NCBI GenBank assembly: GCA_965223345.1
Contig: CBDCWG010000012.1
Coordinates: 2,528,001 to 2,592,000 of the forward strand
DNA length: 64,000 nucleotides
From: Nitrospinales bacterium
Lineage (GTDB): Bacteria; Nitrospinota; Nitrospinia; Nitrospinales; VA-1
Direction: 5' to 3'
The notes beneath the pieces were generated by a model, which saw only the letters and a list, made by a program, of their open reading frames with translations, was not told the origin of the DNA and did not search any database. Shown piece after piece: positions 39,267 through 49,128 of this stretch; positions within the stretch are counted from its first letter, which is position 1, and each line of letters opens with the position of its first letter. The position numbers were made by a program, and so were the translations under genes.

Positions 39267-41114
39267 TCACGCTTCCAGGTTCTGTTTTTCAGGCAGGAGG
39301 ATTTGAAACACCGTTCCCGCTTCCGGCTGACTTTTCACCTCGATTCTGCCGTTGTGGCGGCTGACGATCTTGTGGCAGAGCGTCAGCCCGATGCCCGTGC
39401 CTTCGTAGTCGCTTTGGCTGTGCAGGCGCTCGAAGGGCCGGAAGATGCGCTCCACATGCGTTTCATCGATGCCGATTCCGTTGTCTTCGACGCTGATCTC
39501 CCACAACCCCTCTTTGCGGAAGCGGCTGTCCAGCCTGACGGCGGGCGGCACGTTTTCCCTGTGAAATTTGAGCGCATTGGCGATCAGGTGCTGGAACAGC
39601 TGCCGCATCTGAAAGGGGTCGGCTTCCAGGACCGGCAGATGCACGACACGCACCCTTGCGCTGCGGCGCTCGATTTCTGTCTGCATGTCGTGCAGGACTT
39701 CCCGGATCACCTCGTTGAGATCGACCTGCTTGAAATGCGACTCTTTCGATCCAACCTCGGTGTACAGCAGGAGATCCTCCAGAAACGTCTGCATCCGGGC
39801 GGCGGCGCTTTGCATGCGCATCAGATAATCCCGCCCGGCAGCGTCCGATTCGGGGACCACGGTTTGCAGGCGGTCGCCGAAGTTGATGATCTTGCGCAGC
39901 GGCTCCTTGAGATCGTGCGATGCGATCGCAACGAAATCCTGCAGTTCCCGGTTGGAGTCCCGCAGTTTTTCCGCATTCTCGCTGCGTTTTTCTTCCGCCC
40001 ACATTCTTTGCAACTCGGCTGCGGCCCGGGAAGCGAACACGGACAGGATGGACTTTGCGTTCTCGATGTCCCGGATGGGTTTGTTGTCCATGATCCCCAG
40101 CAAACCCGACGTCTGTCCCCGGTCGTCGGGCAGGGGAATGCCAATATAACTTTCGATGTCCTTTCCCAAGAGGAACAGACGTTTCGGAAAGTGCGCCTTC
40201 AGGTTTTTCGGGTAGAGGGCGATCTGGTTCGCCGCCACCATTTCAAAAGGCGTGTCCGTGGCTTCGTATTCGATGTTGTTGAGGATTTCTCCGTTTTCGC
40301 ACAGGGCCAGCGTGCGGAACAGGGCGTTGTCGTCCCCTTTGTAAACGCAGATGAACGCATATTTGACGTTCAGAGCCAGCGCGAGGTGGGAAACCAGGGA
40401 TTGGAAGAAATGCCTGCCGCTCGTGGCGGGGGCCGTTCCGGAAGCGATGTAGCGGAGCTGATTGTAAACGGTCCGGTAGCGTTCCTCGCTTTCGCGTATC
40501 TTGTTTTCGGCGTCTTTCCGTTCCGAGATGTTGCGGACCACCGCAAACACCTTGTCTTTGTTCTTTACGGTGAAGGTTCCCGCCGTCAGCTCGGCAGGGA
40601 AGACCGCGCCGCCTTTTCTCCGGTGGTACTGGACGGGAACTTTTCCCATAGAGCGGGCCGGGTTCGGCTGGAAGGCGTCTTCCGGTTCCTCCGGTCCCGC
40701 CGACAGGTCGTCCGGCGAGAGTTGTAAAAATTCCTTACGGGTGTAGCCGTATTCTTTCAGCGCCGCATCGTTGACATCTTCGAACCGGTGGGACTCCACA
40801 TCGAGAATCAATATCGGGTCCGGAATCGACATGAACAGGTGTTTGTGCCGCAGTTCCGTTTCCCGCAACGCGTTGCCAAGCGCCCTGCGTTTGCTTTTTT
40901 CCCGCCAGACCCACAGCGAGGGGAAAATGAGCGCCAGGCCGGAGAAAATGACCGCCGTCCGGACAAACCGCCACTTGTCCTTGTCGTTTTCGGAAGCGTG
41001 GTCGGTGGGAAGCAAGTTCGAGACGTGCTCTTCCAGAAAAAATTCCCAGAAGAAGGACAGCAGGAAAACCGCCAATAAGGTGAGCGTCCAGAACGGCAGG
41101 ATATTTTTTTTCAT
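39267..41114 (-). CDS. Membrane sensor histidine kinase (PAS-GAF-HisKA-HATPase)
   Basis: 2 TM, PAS (VNDAALKEYGY), GAF, ASHDLKEPL, DNGIGI, GTGIGL. Confidence 0.93.
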   Translation of the reverse strand: MKKNILPFWTLTLLAVFLLSFFWEFFLEEHVSNLLPTDHASENDKDKWRFVRTAVIFSGLALIFPSLWVWREKSKRRALGNALRETELRHKHLFMSIPDPILILDVESHRFEDVNDAALKEYGYTRKEFLQLSPDDLSAGPEEPEDAFQPNPARSMGKVPVQYHRRKGGAVFPAELTAGTFTVKNKDKVFAVVRNISERKDAENKIRESEERYRTVYNQLRYIASGTAPATSGRHFFQSLVSHLALALNVKYAFICVYKGDDNALFRTLALCENGEILNNIEYEATDTPFEMVAANQIALYPKNLKAHFPKRLFLLGKDIESYIGIPLPDDRGQTSGLLGIMDNKPIRDIENAKSILSVFASRAAAELQRMWAEEKRSENAEKLRDSNRELQDFVAIASHDLKEPLRKIINFGDRLQTVVPESDAAGRDYLMRMQSAAARMQTFLEDLLLYTEVGSKESHFKQVDLNEVIREVLHDMQTEIERRSARVRVVHLPVLEADPFQMRQLFQHLIANALKFHRENVPPAVRLDSRFRKEGLWEISVEDNGIGIDETHVERIFRPFERLHSQSDYEGTGIGLTLCHKIVSRHNGRIEVKSQPEAGTVFQILLPEKQNLEA

Positions 41115-41371
41115 GCGCGACCCTCATTGTTAAAAGGGCGGAGGGGGGCTGCGGAAATATATCCTTCTTTCGAATAAATTGCAAGAAGCCGCCGGCATCA
41201 GGAGCAGCATGCGCCGGTTTTGATTGAGGGTGAGGAATTTTCAGAATAAATTCGGATCTCCCCAATCTTTTATACAGTTGGGAATTCCGGCCGGGCGCGG
41301 GAGGGTGCGGGAGATGTGCTACAGTAGGGTGAATCGATTCCGTGCGAACGCTTTGGCGGCAAACGGTGGAA

Positions 41372-41908
41372 TCACCAGGAGGTCATCCACATCTGCCTGG
41401 GGGATTTGCCTTTGAAGATTTCCTGTATGCGTTTGGCGAAATTTTCGTTGCTGAAGGTTTTGGTGTACTGGTCGGAGGGGCCTTTGTACGGGTTCCAGGA
41501 GAGGACCATCCGCTCGACAAACAGCTCGTCCAGCGGAACGTGATGGATCTTGACGATGACGTTGGTCTTGGAATCGACGAGCACCGCGACCATGGAGGGA
41601 TCGTCCTTGGCGAACAGGGCTTCGCAGAAACCGGGCGCTTCCTTCTCCTGCTGCGACGGATTGCAGGGTGCTTCCAGGATCCAGTCCTCGCTGCCGACGG
41701 CGAAGATGGGGATCGAGGGAAATTCGGATTCCTCGCACAGCTTGGCGCGCCACTTCCCCTGCCAGGCTTCGATCTGGGCTTTCGAGGGTTCGGGAAACCG
41801 CCCCACGAGCAGCATGTCGCCGTTGGGGGAGAACGAAAGGCCGCCGCCTTCGCCTTCGATGGCAACGGGGCAGGGCTGGCCTTCTTCGAAGCGGATGGTC
41901 TGTTCCAT
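41372..41908 (-). CDS. Hypothetical protein
   Basis: GAGGA RBS before ATG 41908; coding-like composition. Confidence 0.7.
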   Translation of the reverse strand: MEQTIRFEEGQPCPVAIEGEGGGLSFSPNGDMLLVGRFPEPSKAQIEAWQGKWRAKLCEESEFPSIPIFAVGSEDWILEAPCNPSQQEKEAPGFCEALFAKDDPSMVAVLVDSKTNVIVKIHHVPLDELFVERMVLSWNPYKGPSDQYTKTFSNENFAKRIQEIFKGKSPRQMWMTSW

Positions 41909-42098
41909 GTTCCGGAAATCCTCAGTTTGCGTTGACGACAGAAATTCATTGTGTTGAACTGGGGTGGCAATGTCAAACAAAATTGCAAACTCCCCGTAAT
42001 TCAAGGATATTGTGGAGGATTCGCCTCAATGGGCTTGAGCGCGGCGCGGCGGTGGGGTATCCTCGCCCATTCCACATCGTTTCCAGAATGAAGGCACC

Positions 42099-43508
42099 AT
42101 GCGAACCACATTGATCGCGCACGCGACGCTGCTCGTGCAGTCGAAAAACACCACGCTTCTGTCCGACCCGGTTCTGTTCAACCTGCACTGGGAGGAGCTC
42201 AACGTGCACTGCCCGGCGGTGGCGCTGGAGCTGGACAAGTTCCCGAAGGTGGACATCCTCAACATTTCGCACCGGCACCAGGATCATTTCGACATCCGCA
42301 CGCTGGCGTATCTGGCCGAGAACGATTCCATCCTGGCTCCCGATGCGGTGGTGCTGGCGCCGCAGGACGAAATTTTATTGGACGTTCTGAAAGAACTGGA
42401 GTTCAAGAACGTGCGCGTGGTGAAGGATTTCGAGACGTTTCAGGTCAAGGATTTCACGCTCACGCCGACGCCGTCGCACAACGACCAGGATTATTTTCCC
42501 GAGCATGGAATTCTGATCCACGACGGCGAGGTGACGGTGTGGAACCAGGTGGACACGATCGTCAGCCCGCCTGTGATTCAATACATCCACAAGCTGTACG
42601 GGCAGGTGGACTGCGCGCACGTGCGTTACCTGCCGCTGCTGGAGGGCAATTTCACGTTCCATAAAGAACTGGAGTTGCCGATCGAGGAATACCGTTCCTT
42701 CCTGCAGGTGGCGGCGGCGCTGAGACCGAAATTCGCGGTTCCCGGTTCGGCGGGTTTCCGCTACAAGGACGAGTACGCGTTTCTCAACCGCTATTCGTTT
42801 CCCGCGACGCAGACGCAGTTTCTGCGCGATCTGAGAGATTTCTGCCCGGACATCGACAGCAGCACGTTTTATCCCGGCGACATCGCCGTGATCGATCCCG
42901 GCGGTGTGGAGATCGAACGGCAGGCGGCGGATTTCGTGCGCGTGAAGGAGGACGACGAGCACCTGGTGGAGTTCAAGCCGGTGGCGGAGGTCGCGCCGCT
43001 CAGGACGCTGACCGAAGACCCCGCCGAGCGCGAAAAGGAAAAGCAGGCGGTCATCGAGTACATTGAGACGCGCTTGATCGAAGAGCTGCTGCAAAAGGAA
43101 AGCGTGCGCACCTGGGTGGAATGGAAGACGGCGTACCAGCTGGAACTGTTCGATGCGGACAGCTCGGATATCTGGTGCATCGATTTCGCCGGCGAGGACG
43201 CGGTGATCGAGAAAAAACGTATCGGCAAGATCAATCTCTATGAGGGCATCGCCTATTCCGAATTCTACCGGCTGATGCACAACCAGACCAACTGGGATTT
43301 CGTGGGGGTGGCGGCGCAGTACCGGACGTTTCAGAACATCTACCGTGTGGAGCGCGGCGAGATCGAAAAATACAAGGGCGAAAAGCGCTTCCCGCAGCCT
43401 TTGATGGAACTATTCCCGCCGGATTTGACGATGGACCGGGAAAAATACATGAAGGATGTGCGCCGCTGGAAAGGCAAGGCCGCACCCAAAGTGGACGCCG
43501 GCACCTGA
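42099..43508 (+). CDS. Metallo-beta-lactamase-fold protein (UlaG/CMAH-like)
   Basis: HATLL, LSDP, SHRHQDH motif. Confidence 0.85.
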   Translation: MRTTLIAHATLLVQSKNTTLLSDPVLFNLHWEELNVHCPAVALELDKFPKVDILNISHRHQDHFDIRTLAYLAENDSILAPDAVVLAPQDEILLDVLKELEFKNVRVVKDFETFQVKDFTLTPTPSHNDQDYFPEHGILIHDGEVTVWNQVDTIVSPPVIQYIHKLYGQVDCAHVRYLPLLEGNFTFHKELELPIEEYRSFLQVAAALRPKFAVPGSAGFRYKDEYAFLNRYSFPATQTQFLRDLRDFCPDIDSSTFYPGDIAVIDPGGVEIERQAADFVRVKEDDEHLVEFKPVAEVAPLRTLTEDPAEREKEKQAVIEYIETRLIEELLQKESVRTWVEWKTAYQLELFDADSSDIWCIDFAGEDAVIEKKRIGKINLYEGIAYSEFYRLMHNQTNWDFVGVAAQYRTFQNIYRVERGEIEKYKGEKRFPQPLMELFPPDLTMDREKYMKDVRRWKGKAAPKVDAGT

Positions 43509-43614
43509 GAGGCCCGAACCGGGCGATTGAAACCCCGCTTCCCTGCATCTTCGCATCCTGCTATCCTGTTTTCAGCAAAGCGGCCCGTTTTCGGCGCCCC
43601 CGCCGTGTGGGCGC

Positions 43615-43643
43615 TTGACATCGCTTGCGGAAACGGGTAGATT
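43615..43643 (+). promoter_or_regulatory. Sigma70 promoter for tRNA-Met
   Basis: TTGACA-17 nt-TAGATT. Confidence 0.75.
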
Positions 43644-43724
43644 TTCGGATTCTTTCTAACGAATTCAAACGGTTGACGGTTCCGGCCGGAGCGGTCGGGC
43701 GTTGATTCCATACATACCGAATAC

Positions 43725-43801
43725 GGCGGTGTAGCTCAGCTGGTTAGAGCATACGGCTCATATCCGTAGCGTCCGGGGTTCAAGTCCCTGCACCGCCACC
43801 A
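43725..43801 (+). tRNA. tRNA-Met (CAT), probably elongator
   Basis: Cloverleaf GGCGGTG/CACCGCC, anticodon arm TACGG-CTCATAT-CCGTA, GTTCAAG T-loop, encoded CCA, paired 1:72. Confidence 0.95.
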
Positions 43802-44102
43802 TTTCCCCCCTGAAATCAAAAAAAAATCATGAGCCAGGGCCGTTGCCGGACTGGCTCGGTTTCCTGTCCCTTGCAGTCCCGTGCCTGAGCCGGCATTGGC
43901 AAACGTTTCAACAGGATAAAGTAAAAGTATACTGCTTACATGCGGGTGCTGAATTCAGGGACCTGTGAATTCAGCATGCGAAAACCGGCCCGAAATTGCA
44001 AAATAAAACCTCCCGACAGGTTGATCTTTCAAGATTCGGAACCTACGTTTAGATACCCGATCATGGTCGAAATGATTGAATCCACTCATAAGAGTCTGCA
44101 TC

Positions 44103-46301
44103 ATGCGTGCGCGAACTTTCACAGGATTGTGCGGGATACTTGCTGCCGGGGTCGGTGCGTCCCTGGTTTCGGTTCCCCAGGTTTCAGGGAAAACGCTCGA
44201 TGTGCTCGAAATGAACCTGGCTCAGCTGATGGATCAGGAAGTGGTCACTCCCTCCCGCATCGCGCAGAAGATATCCGACGCTCCCGGAACCGTCATCGTG
44301 GTGACGCAACAACAGATTCGCGAACGGGGTTACGTCAATCTCGTCGATGTGCTGGAAGACCTTCCCAGTATAGACATTCAGCGCCAATCCGCCCCCAACC
44401 CCTACAACCGCATCGGATTTCGCGGAATTGTCGATAACAATCAATTCATCATTCTGCAAAACGGTTTCCGCATCAGTGCGCCCACCGGAGAAAACGTTCC
44501 GATCGACAACAATTTTCCGGTTTTTCACGCAAGCCGGGTGGAGGTGATCTACGGACCGGTGTCCGCCCTTTACGGCGCCGATGCTTTCACCGGTGTCGTC
44601 AATATCATCACGGACACAGCGGATTCGATCGATGGCTTCGAGGTTTCCTCGGCGATCGGCACGGACGATTATTTTTACAATTCCTTGAAATTCGGCAAGG
44701 CTCTGACGGAAAAAATAGATTTCACGTTCGGCGGCCACTGGCACACATCCGAGAACCCGGACCTTTCCGACACCTATCCGGACCGGTACCAGGGATTTCA
44801 GGGAGACCTCTTGAATGCCGACGGGAGTGTTTTCCGGGCAGCGGCCGACAGGACGGATGTCTATTTTGGCGAAACCAGCAGCTACAGCGTCTACCTGGAT
44901 CTGGATTTTTTGAAAAAATTCAATGTCGGATACACCCGGTCGTTTCTCAGCCACCCTTCAACCGTGAACGCGCGGCCGGAACGGGCGCTGTTCAGCGATG
45001 ACTCTGTCCTCAAGACACTGCATCAGACGGTGCATGGAAAATACAAGTTTGACGTGACTCCCGCTCTTTCCGGCATCGCGTCTGTGGATTACTCCTATTA
45101 TGAACTGCTGCCGGAGAGCAAATTCACCAACGATGTCGGCGCCTTCAACGCGTTCAAATATGCGGAGGGTGAAAAACTCAAACTCGAACAGCAGTTGAAC
45201 TACAAAATCGATGAGAAACACAAACTGGTTGGCGGACTGCTTTTTGAGGATTTCAATGCGCTGCCGCGGACGGCCGATCTTCCGCAGAGGTACGATCCGG
45301 GCAAGGACCCTGAAGATCAGGGCCTACTGTATCCCAACACGAATATTCCCATCCTGTTTTTCAATGTGGAGTACCAGAATTACGGGGCGTACATCCAGGC
45401 CCAGTCGCAATGGACCGACTGGTTCTCGACGACCATCGGCACGCGTTTCGATTACGATTCCCGGTTTGGCGAGACCTTCAATCCGCGGGTCGGGGCCATT
45501 GTCAAACCGCGGGACGGTACGGTTCTGGAGATTCTTTACAGTGAGGCGTTCCTGGCACCGTCTCCGCAGAGATCCTTCCAGCATTTTGGCTCCTTCGACG
45601 GCACGATTAATGCCGACGGGCTGTTCGAGACTTTTTTCTTCTTCATTCCCAATCCGGACCTGGAGCCTGAAAAGATGCGGACTATTGAGTTCAACGTGAC
45701 GCAGAACGTGACCGACGATTTCATCGTCACTCTGACGGGTTATTACACCCGGGTGGAAGACATCATCGAAACCGTCCGGCTCAACGAGCCCTCCAACTTC
45801 ATTCCCGGGGCGGTGATTTTGGCGCCCCGGCGTGCTGAAAACGTGGGGGAGGCGACCGCGTTCGGCGGCGATATTCGCATGGATTACCAGACAAATATCG
45901 ATCGGTTCAATCTCAAGCTGTGGGCCAACTATTCATGGGTGGACGGCAGCATCGATACAGGGGGCGGCGCCTCCCAGCCGTTGCCGCACGTGTCGCGCAA
46001 CAAGGTGAGAACCGGTTTGACCCTCTCCTACGGAAAGAAGTATTTCGTCACTCCGCGTTTCATCTGGAGCGATAAAGCCGCCATTTTCCCGTCGAGTTCG
46101 TTCGAGAAAACCGATCCCTACGGTGTCTTGCACCTGCATGCGGGAGTCCGGAATATTTACAAGGGCCTTTCCGGTTTTGTCGATGTGAGAAATCTGCTGG
46201 ACGTGAGATATTTTCATACCGGAAACGCCAACAACCGCGATTTCGATAACGCTCCGCAAGACCCGAGGCGCATCGTTGTTGGATTGAGTTATAAATTCTA
46301 A
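44103..46301 (+). CDS. TonB-dependent receptor
   Basis: Signal peptide, plug (DAPGTVIVVT, RVEVIYGPVSALYG), NPDLEPE, VRNLLD, C-terminal LSYKF. Confidence 0.93.
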   Translation: MRARTFTGLCGILAAGVGASLVSVPQVSGKTLDVLEMNLAQLMDQEVVTPSRIAQKISDAPGTVIVVTQQQIRERGYVNLVDVLEDLPSIDIQRQSAPNPYNRIGFRGIVDNNQFIILQNGFRISAPTGENVPIDNNFPVFHASRVEVIYGPVSALYGADAFTGVVNIITDTADSIDGFEVSSAIGTDDYFYNSLKFGKALTEKIDFTFGGHWHTSENPDLSDTYPDRYQGFQGDLLNADGSVFRAAADRTDVYFGETSSYSVYLDLDFLKKFNVGYTRSFLSHPSTVNARPERALFSDDSVLKTLHQTVHGKYKFDVTPALSGIASVDYSYYELLPESKFTNDVGAFNAFKYAEGEKLKLEQQLNYKIDEKHKLVGGLLFEDFNALPRTADLPQRYDPGKDPEDQGLLYPNTNIPILFFNVEYQNYGAYIQAQSQWTDWFSTTIGTRFDYDSRFGETFNPRVGAIVKPRDGTVLEILYSEAFLAPSPQRSFQHFGSFDGTINADGLFETFFFFIPNPDLEPEKMRTIEFNVTQNVTDDFIVTLTGYYTRVEDIIETVRLNEPSNFIPGAVILAPRRAENVGEATAFGGDIRMDYQTNIDRFNLKLWANYSWVDGSIDTGGGASQPLPHVSRNKVRTGLTLSYGKKYFVTPRFIWSDKAAIFPSSSFEKTDPYGVLHLHAGVRNIYKGLSGFVDVRNLLDVRYFHTGNANNRDFDNAPQDPRRIVVGLSYKF

Positions 46302-46540
46302 CTCTCAACAGATGCATTTTCAGTGTGTGAGCAGCAAAAGGATTGATAACCGCAGGACGCACACTAGCAACCGCTGAGAGAATTGTATTTTCCTCCCCCT
46401 CGACGCCAATCTGCTTCAACCAGGGCTCGCCGTTTAATTAAAAAAAACTTCTTCCTTTTTAACGTGGGATGAATTCCTGTTGGCGTTGCCGCAGAAGTGC
46501 GGTATGAAGTGTGCGACCGATCTGAAAAAAGGAGAAGAGG

Positions 46541-47365
46541 ATGGCCAAGATACTTTCGTTTCTTTCCTGGAATGTCGAAAACTTCCACAACGACGCCAGC
46601 CGGGTTGGACGGGTGGTGGATTTCATCGCGCAAAAAAATCCGGATGTGTTCGGCATGTACGAGGTGAAAGGCGCCGCTGTGTTTGCAGCGATGGTGAACA
46701 AAATGCCGGGCTACACGTTTTCGATCACAGAGAGCCCCGGCGTCCCGGAAATCCTGGTGGGGGTGCGCAGCAATCTGACGGCTTTCGTCACCCAGAAAGA
46801 TGAGCTGCAATCGAAGGTGCCGACGCTGCGGCCCGGCGCGCTGGCGACCGTCCACATCGGCCAGGAGAACTACGCGTTGCTTTTCCTGCACCTCAAAAGC
46901 TTCGCCGATCCGCGCGACTGGGGTTTGCGGGACGATATGTTCCAGCATGTCGCGAGCCTGAAACGGGCGCTGGACAGAAACATGCCGGCCGGGCAGAAAG
47001 CGCATTTTGTCGCACTGGGGGATGTCAACACCATGGGCATGAAAGCCGCTTACAACAACGAATCGGATATGACCGCCGCCGAGGAACTGGCGTTCGTGGA
47101 CAACCGCATGAGCGCCGCTGTGAACGGCATGCGGCGGCTGGCCAAGACGCACGACGCCACGTGGTGGAACGGCCGGGACGACCAGGACCCTTCCAGTCTC
47201 GACCACGTGTTCGCGGCCCAGCATCTGGCTTTTAAAACCTTCGCCGGCGGGGGGGAAGTGGAAGTGACGGGTTGGGTTGATGAGCCGACGCCTGCCAAAA
47301 AGCGCAACTGGATCGGGAAGTTTTCCGACCATTGCGTGTTGTACGGAGAGATCCACGATGCGTGA
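46541..47365 (+). CDS. Endonuclease/exonuclease/phosphatase family protein
   Basis: SWNVE, YE, HLKS, GDVN, LDHV, SDH. Confidence 0.9.
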   Translation: MAKILSFLSWNVENFHNDASRVGRVVDFIAQKNPDVFGMYEVKGAAVFAAMVNKMPGYTFSITESPGVPEILVGVRSNLTAFVTQKDELQSKVPTLRPGALATVHIGQENYALLFLHLKSFADPRDWGLRDDMFQHVASLKRALDRNMPAGQKAHFVALGDVNTMGMKAAYNNESDMTAAEELAFVDNRMSAAVNGMRRLAKTHDATWWNGRDDQDPSSLDHVFAAQHLAFKTFAGGGEVEVTGWVDEPTPAKKRNWIGKFSDHCVLYGEIHDA

Positions 47366-47386
47366 GGAAAGCGTGGAGCGACGCGC

Positions 47387-47902
47387 ATGCCCGGCTTGAA
47401 CGAACTGGGGCCCGGGCAGCGGTTCTTCTTTGTGCGGATCTTTCCCTGGTTCATCATACTCATAGGCGGGTTCTGCATGTATCTGGGGTTCATGACCGTC
47501 CACAAAGCGCGGCAGAGCACCGGCTGGCCCTCGGTTGCGGGCCACGTCGTCGAATCCGGAGTGCGGACCGAGCACAGCAGCGGCAGCGGGAAATCCAGCA
47601 CCAGCTACCACGCCAATGTGATCTACGAGTATCGCGTGAACGGAGACAAGCACACGGGGAAGCGTGTGAACTTCGGGGAGTACGGCCGGGAAATCCCGGA
47701 TCACGCGCAGGCCATTGCCGACCGCTATCCGGTGGGGAAGGAGGTGCCCGTCTACCACGACCCCGACAGCCCGGACGATGCGGTGCTGGAGCCGGGGGCG
47801 CACGGCGTGCCCTGGTTCTTCATCGTGATGGGCATCCCGTTCGTGATCTTCGGGTTCGGATTGGCTTACTTTCTGCCGGGGATGGCCGCCAAAGCGCGCT
47901 AG
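47387..47902 (+). CDS. DUF3592-type membrane protein
   Basis: TM-WPSVAGHV...YEYRVNG...YPVGKEVPVYHDPDSP-TM. Confidence 0.85.
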   Translation: MPGLNELGPGQRFFFVRIFPWFIILIGGFCMYLGFMTVHKARQSTGWPSVAGHVVESGVRTEHSSGSGKSSTSYHANVIYEYRVNGDKHTGKRVNFGEYGREIPDHAQAIADRYPVGKEVPVYHDPDSPDDAVLEPGAHGVPWFFIVMGIPFVIFGFGLAYFLPGMAAKAR

Positions 47903-47903
47903 G

Positions 47904-48989
47904 CTATTCCCGATCCGCTTGTAGGGTGCTACGGACGACGCTCCTCGCGGCGCGCGTGCCCATGAACTTTTGCTGGTCGTAACCGAGGATCATCTCCCAG
48001 GCTGCATCTTCATAGGCCGCGATCAGCGGCAGCGCGACCTCCTCCAGCATCCAGCGTCCGTGGCGCTTGTCCACCTTGATGTGCAGCTCCCAGTACTTCC
48101 TGGCTTTTTCGGGCAGGTTGAGGCGTATGGCGGCGAGCCGGTAATTTTCAAACGCCGCCGGCACTGAAATCTCGGTGTGCAGCAGCCCGCCGACGTAGCG
48201 CAGAAAATGGCGTTTGCGCTCGCAAAGATAAAAACTGTGGTTGATCGTGGCCAGCACCTCCCAGGGAACCCGCTCGAAATACGCCTCGGGTTCGGTACGC
48301 ATCCCCAGAGAGTCCAGCATGGCCGTGAAGAATGAAGAATGCTTGCGTTCCAGGCGGCCGGCGCCGTATTCCTCGATCAGCAGCCGCGTCAGCATCGACT
48401 GCACCGCATTGCCCACCCCGCCGATCACCCTCGATAGCTGGCTCGCTTCCACCAGACCGTCGAGGGAGGCGATGGCCAGCAGACGCCGGTAGCCCTTTTC
48501 CGACAGGCGGTCGCGGAAATAAAGATCGGTCTCCGAGGGTTCGGGGGCAAGGTCGGCCTGCGCCCGTTTTCTCAGCGCCGCTTCGACGTTCTCTTTCTTT
48601 AGCGCAGGGATGTCGAGATGCCGGCGTTCCCACTGCTGCCAGGCGTTTTCGATGCGCAGGCGGATGGCGGCCAGCTGGGTGGAGCCCTCGTTGTCGTAAT
48701 GGCTCAGGTCGTCGTACCAGAACAGTTTCAGCCGGTTGATGCGGTACAGAACCCGTTGCAGGAAACGGTGCGCCTGACTGGAAGGCAGATCGGTTTTATA
48801 CGCCTCTGTGATGGCCCGGTCGATGGCGGCGTTCACCGCTTGCATCGGCTCCGGGTTTGCCAGCATCTGTTGATCGAGGTTTTTCAATCGCATCAGGTGC
48901 AGGAAGCGTCGTTCGGCGTCGGAATAGTCGTTGCGGGTTGCGGTCTGCGAAATGGCATCGGCTGCGATGCGGGTCTCAAGAGTCGGCAC
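47904..48989 (-). CDS. Heme-oxygenase-like diiron oxidase (iron-containing redox enzyme family)
   Basis: DGLVEA, EEYG...KH, HTE, LHIKVDKRH ligand pattern. Confidence 0.82.
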   Translation of the reverse strand: MPTLETRIAADAISQTATRNDYSDAERRFLHLMRLKNLDQQMLANPEPMQAVNAAIDRAITEAYKTDLPSSQAHRFLQRVLYRINRLKLFWYDDLSHYDNEGSTQLAAIRLRIENAWQQWERRHLDIPALKKENVEAALRKRAQADLAPEPSETDLYFRDRLSEKGYRRLLAIASLDGLVEASQLSRVIGGVGNAVQSMLTRLLIEEYGAGRLERKHSSFFTAMLDSLGMRTEPEAYFERVPWEVLATINHSFYLCERKRHFLRYVGGLLHTEISVPAAFENYRLAAIRLNLPEKARKYWELHIKVDKRHGRWMLEEVALPLIAAYEDAAWEMILGYDQQKFMGTRAARSVVRSTLQADRE

Positions 48990-49128
48990 GGATATCCAGG
49001 GGAAAAAGGGTCCACGATTTTGGAAACAGGAGTTTCATTGTAACATCGAATGACCGCATTCCCAGCAAAGAGGGGGCGGGGCAGCGGGAAACCCGTTGCC
49101 TGATGTTTCCGATGGGCCGGTTTCCCGC

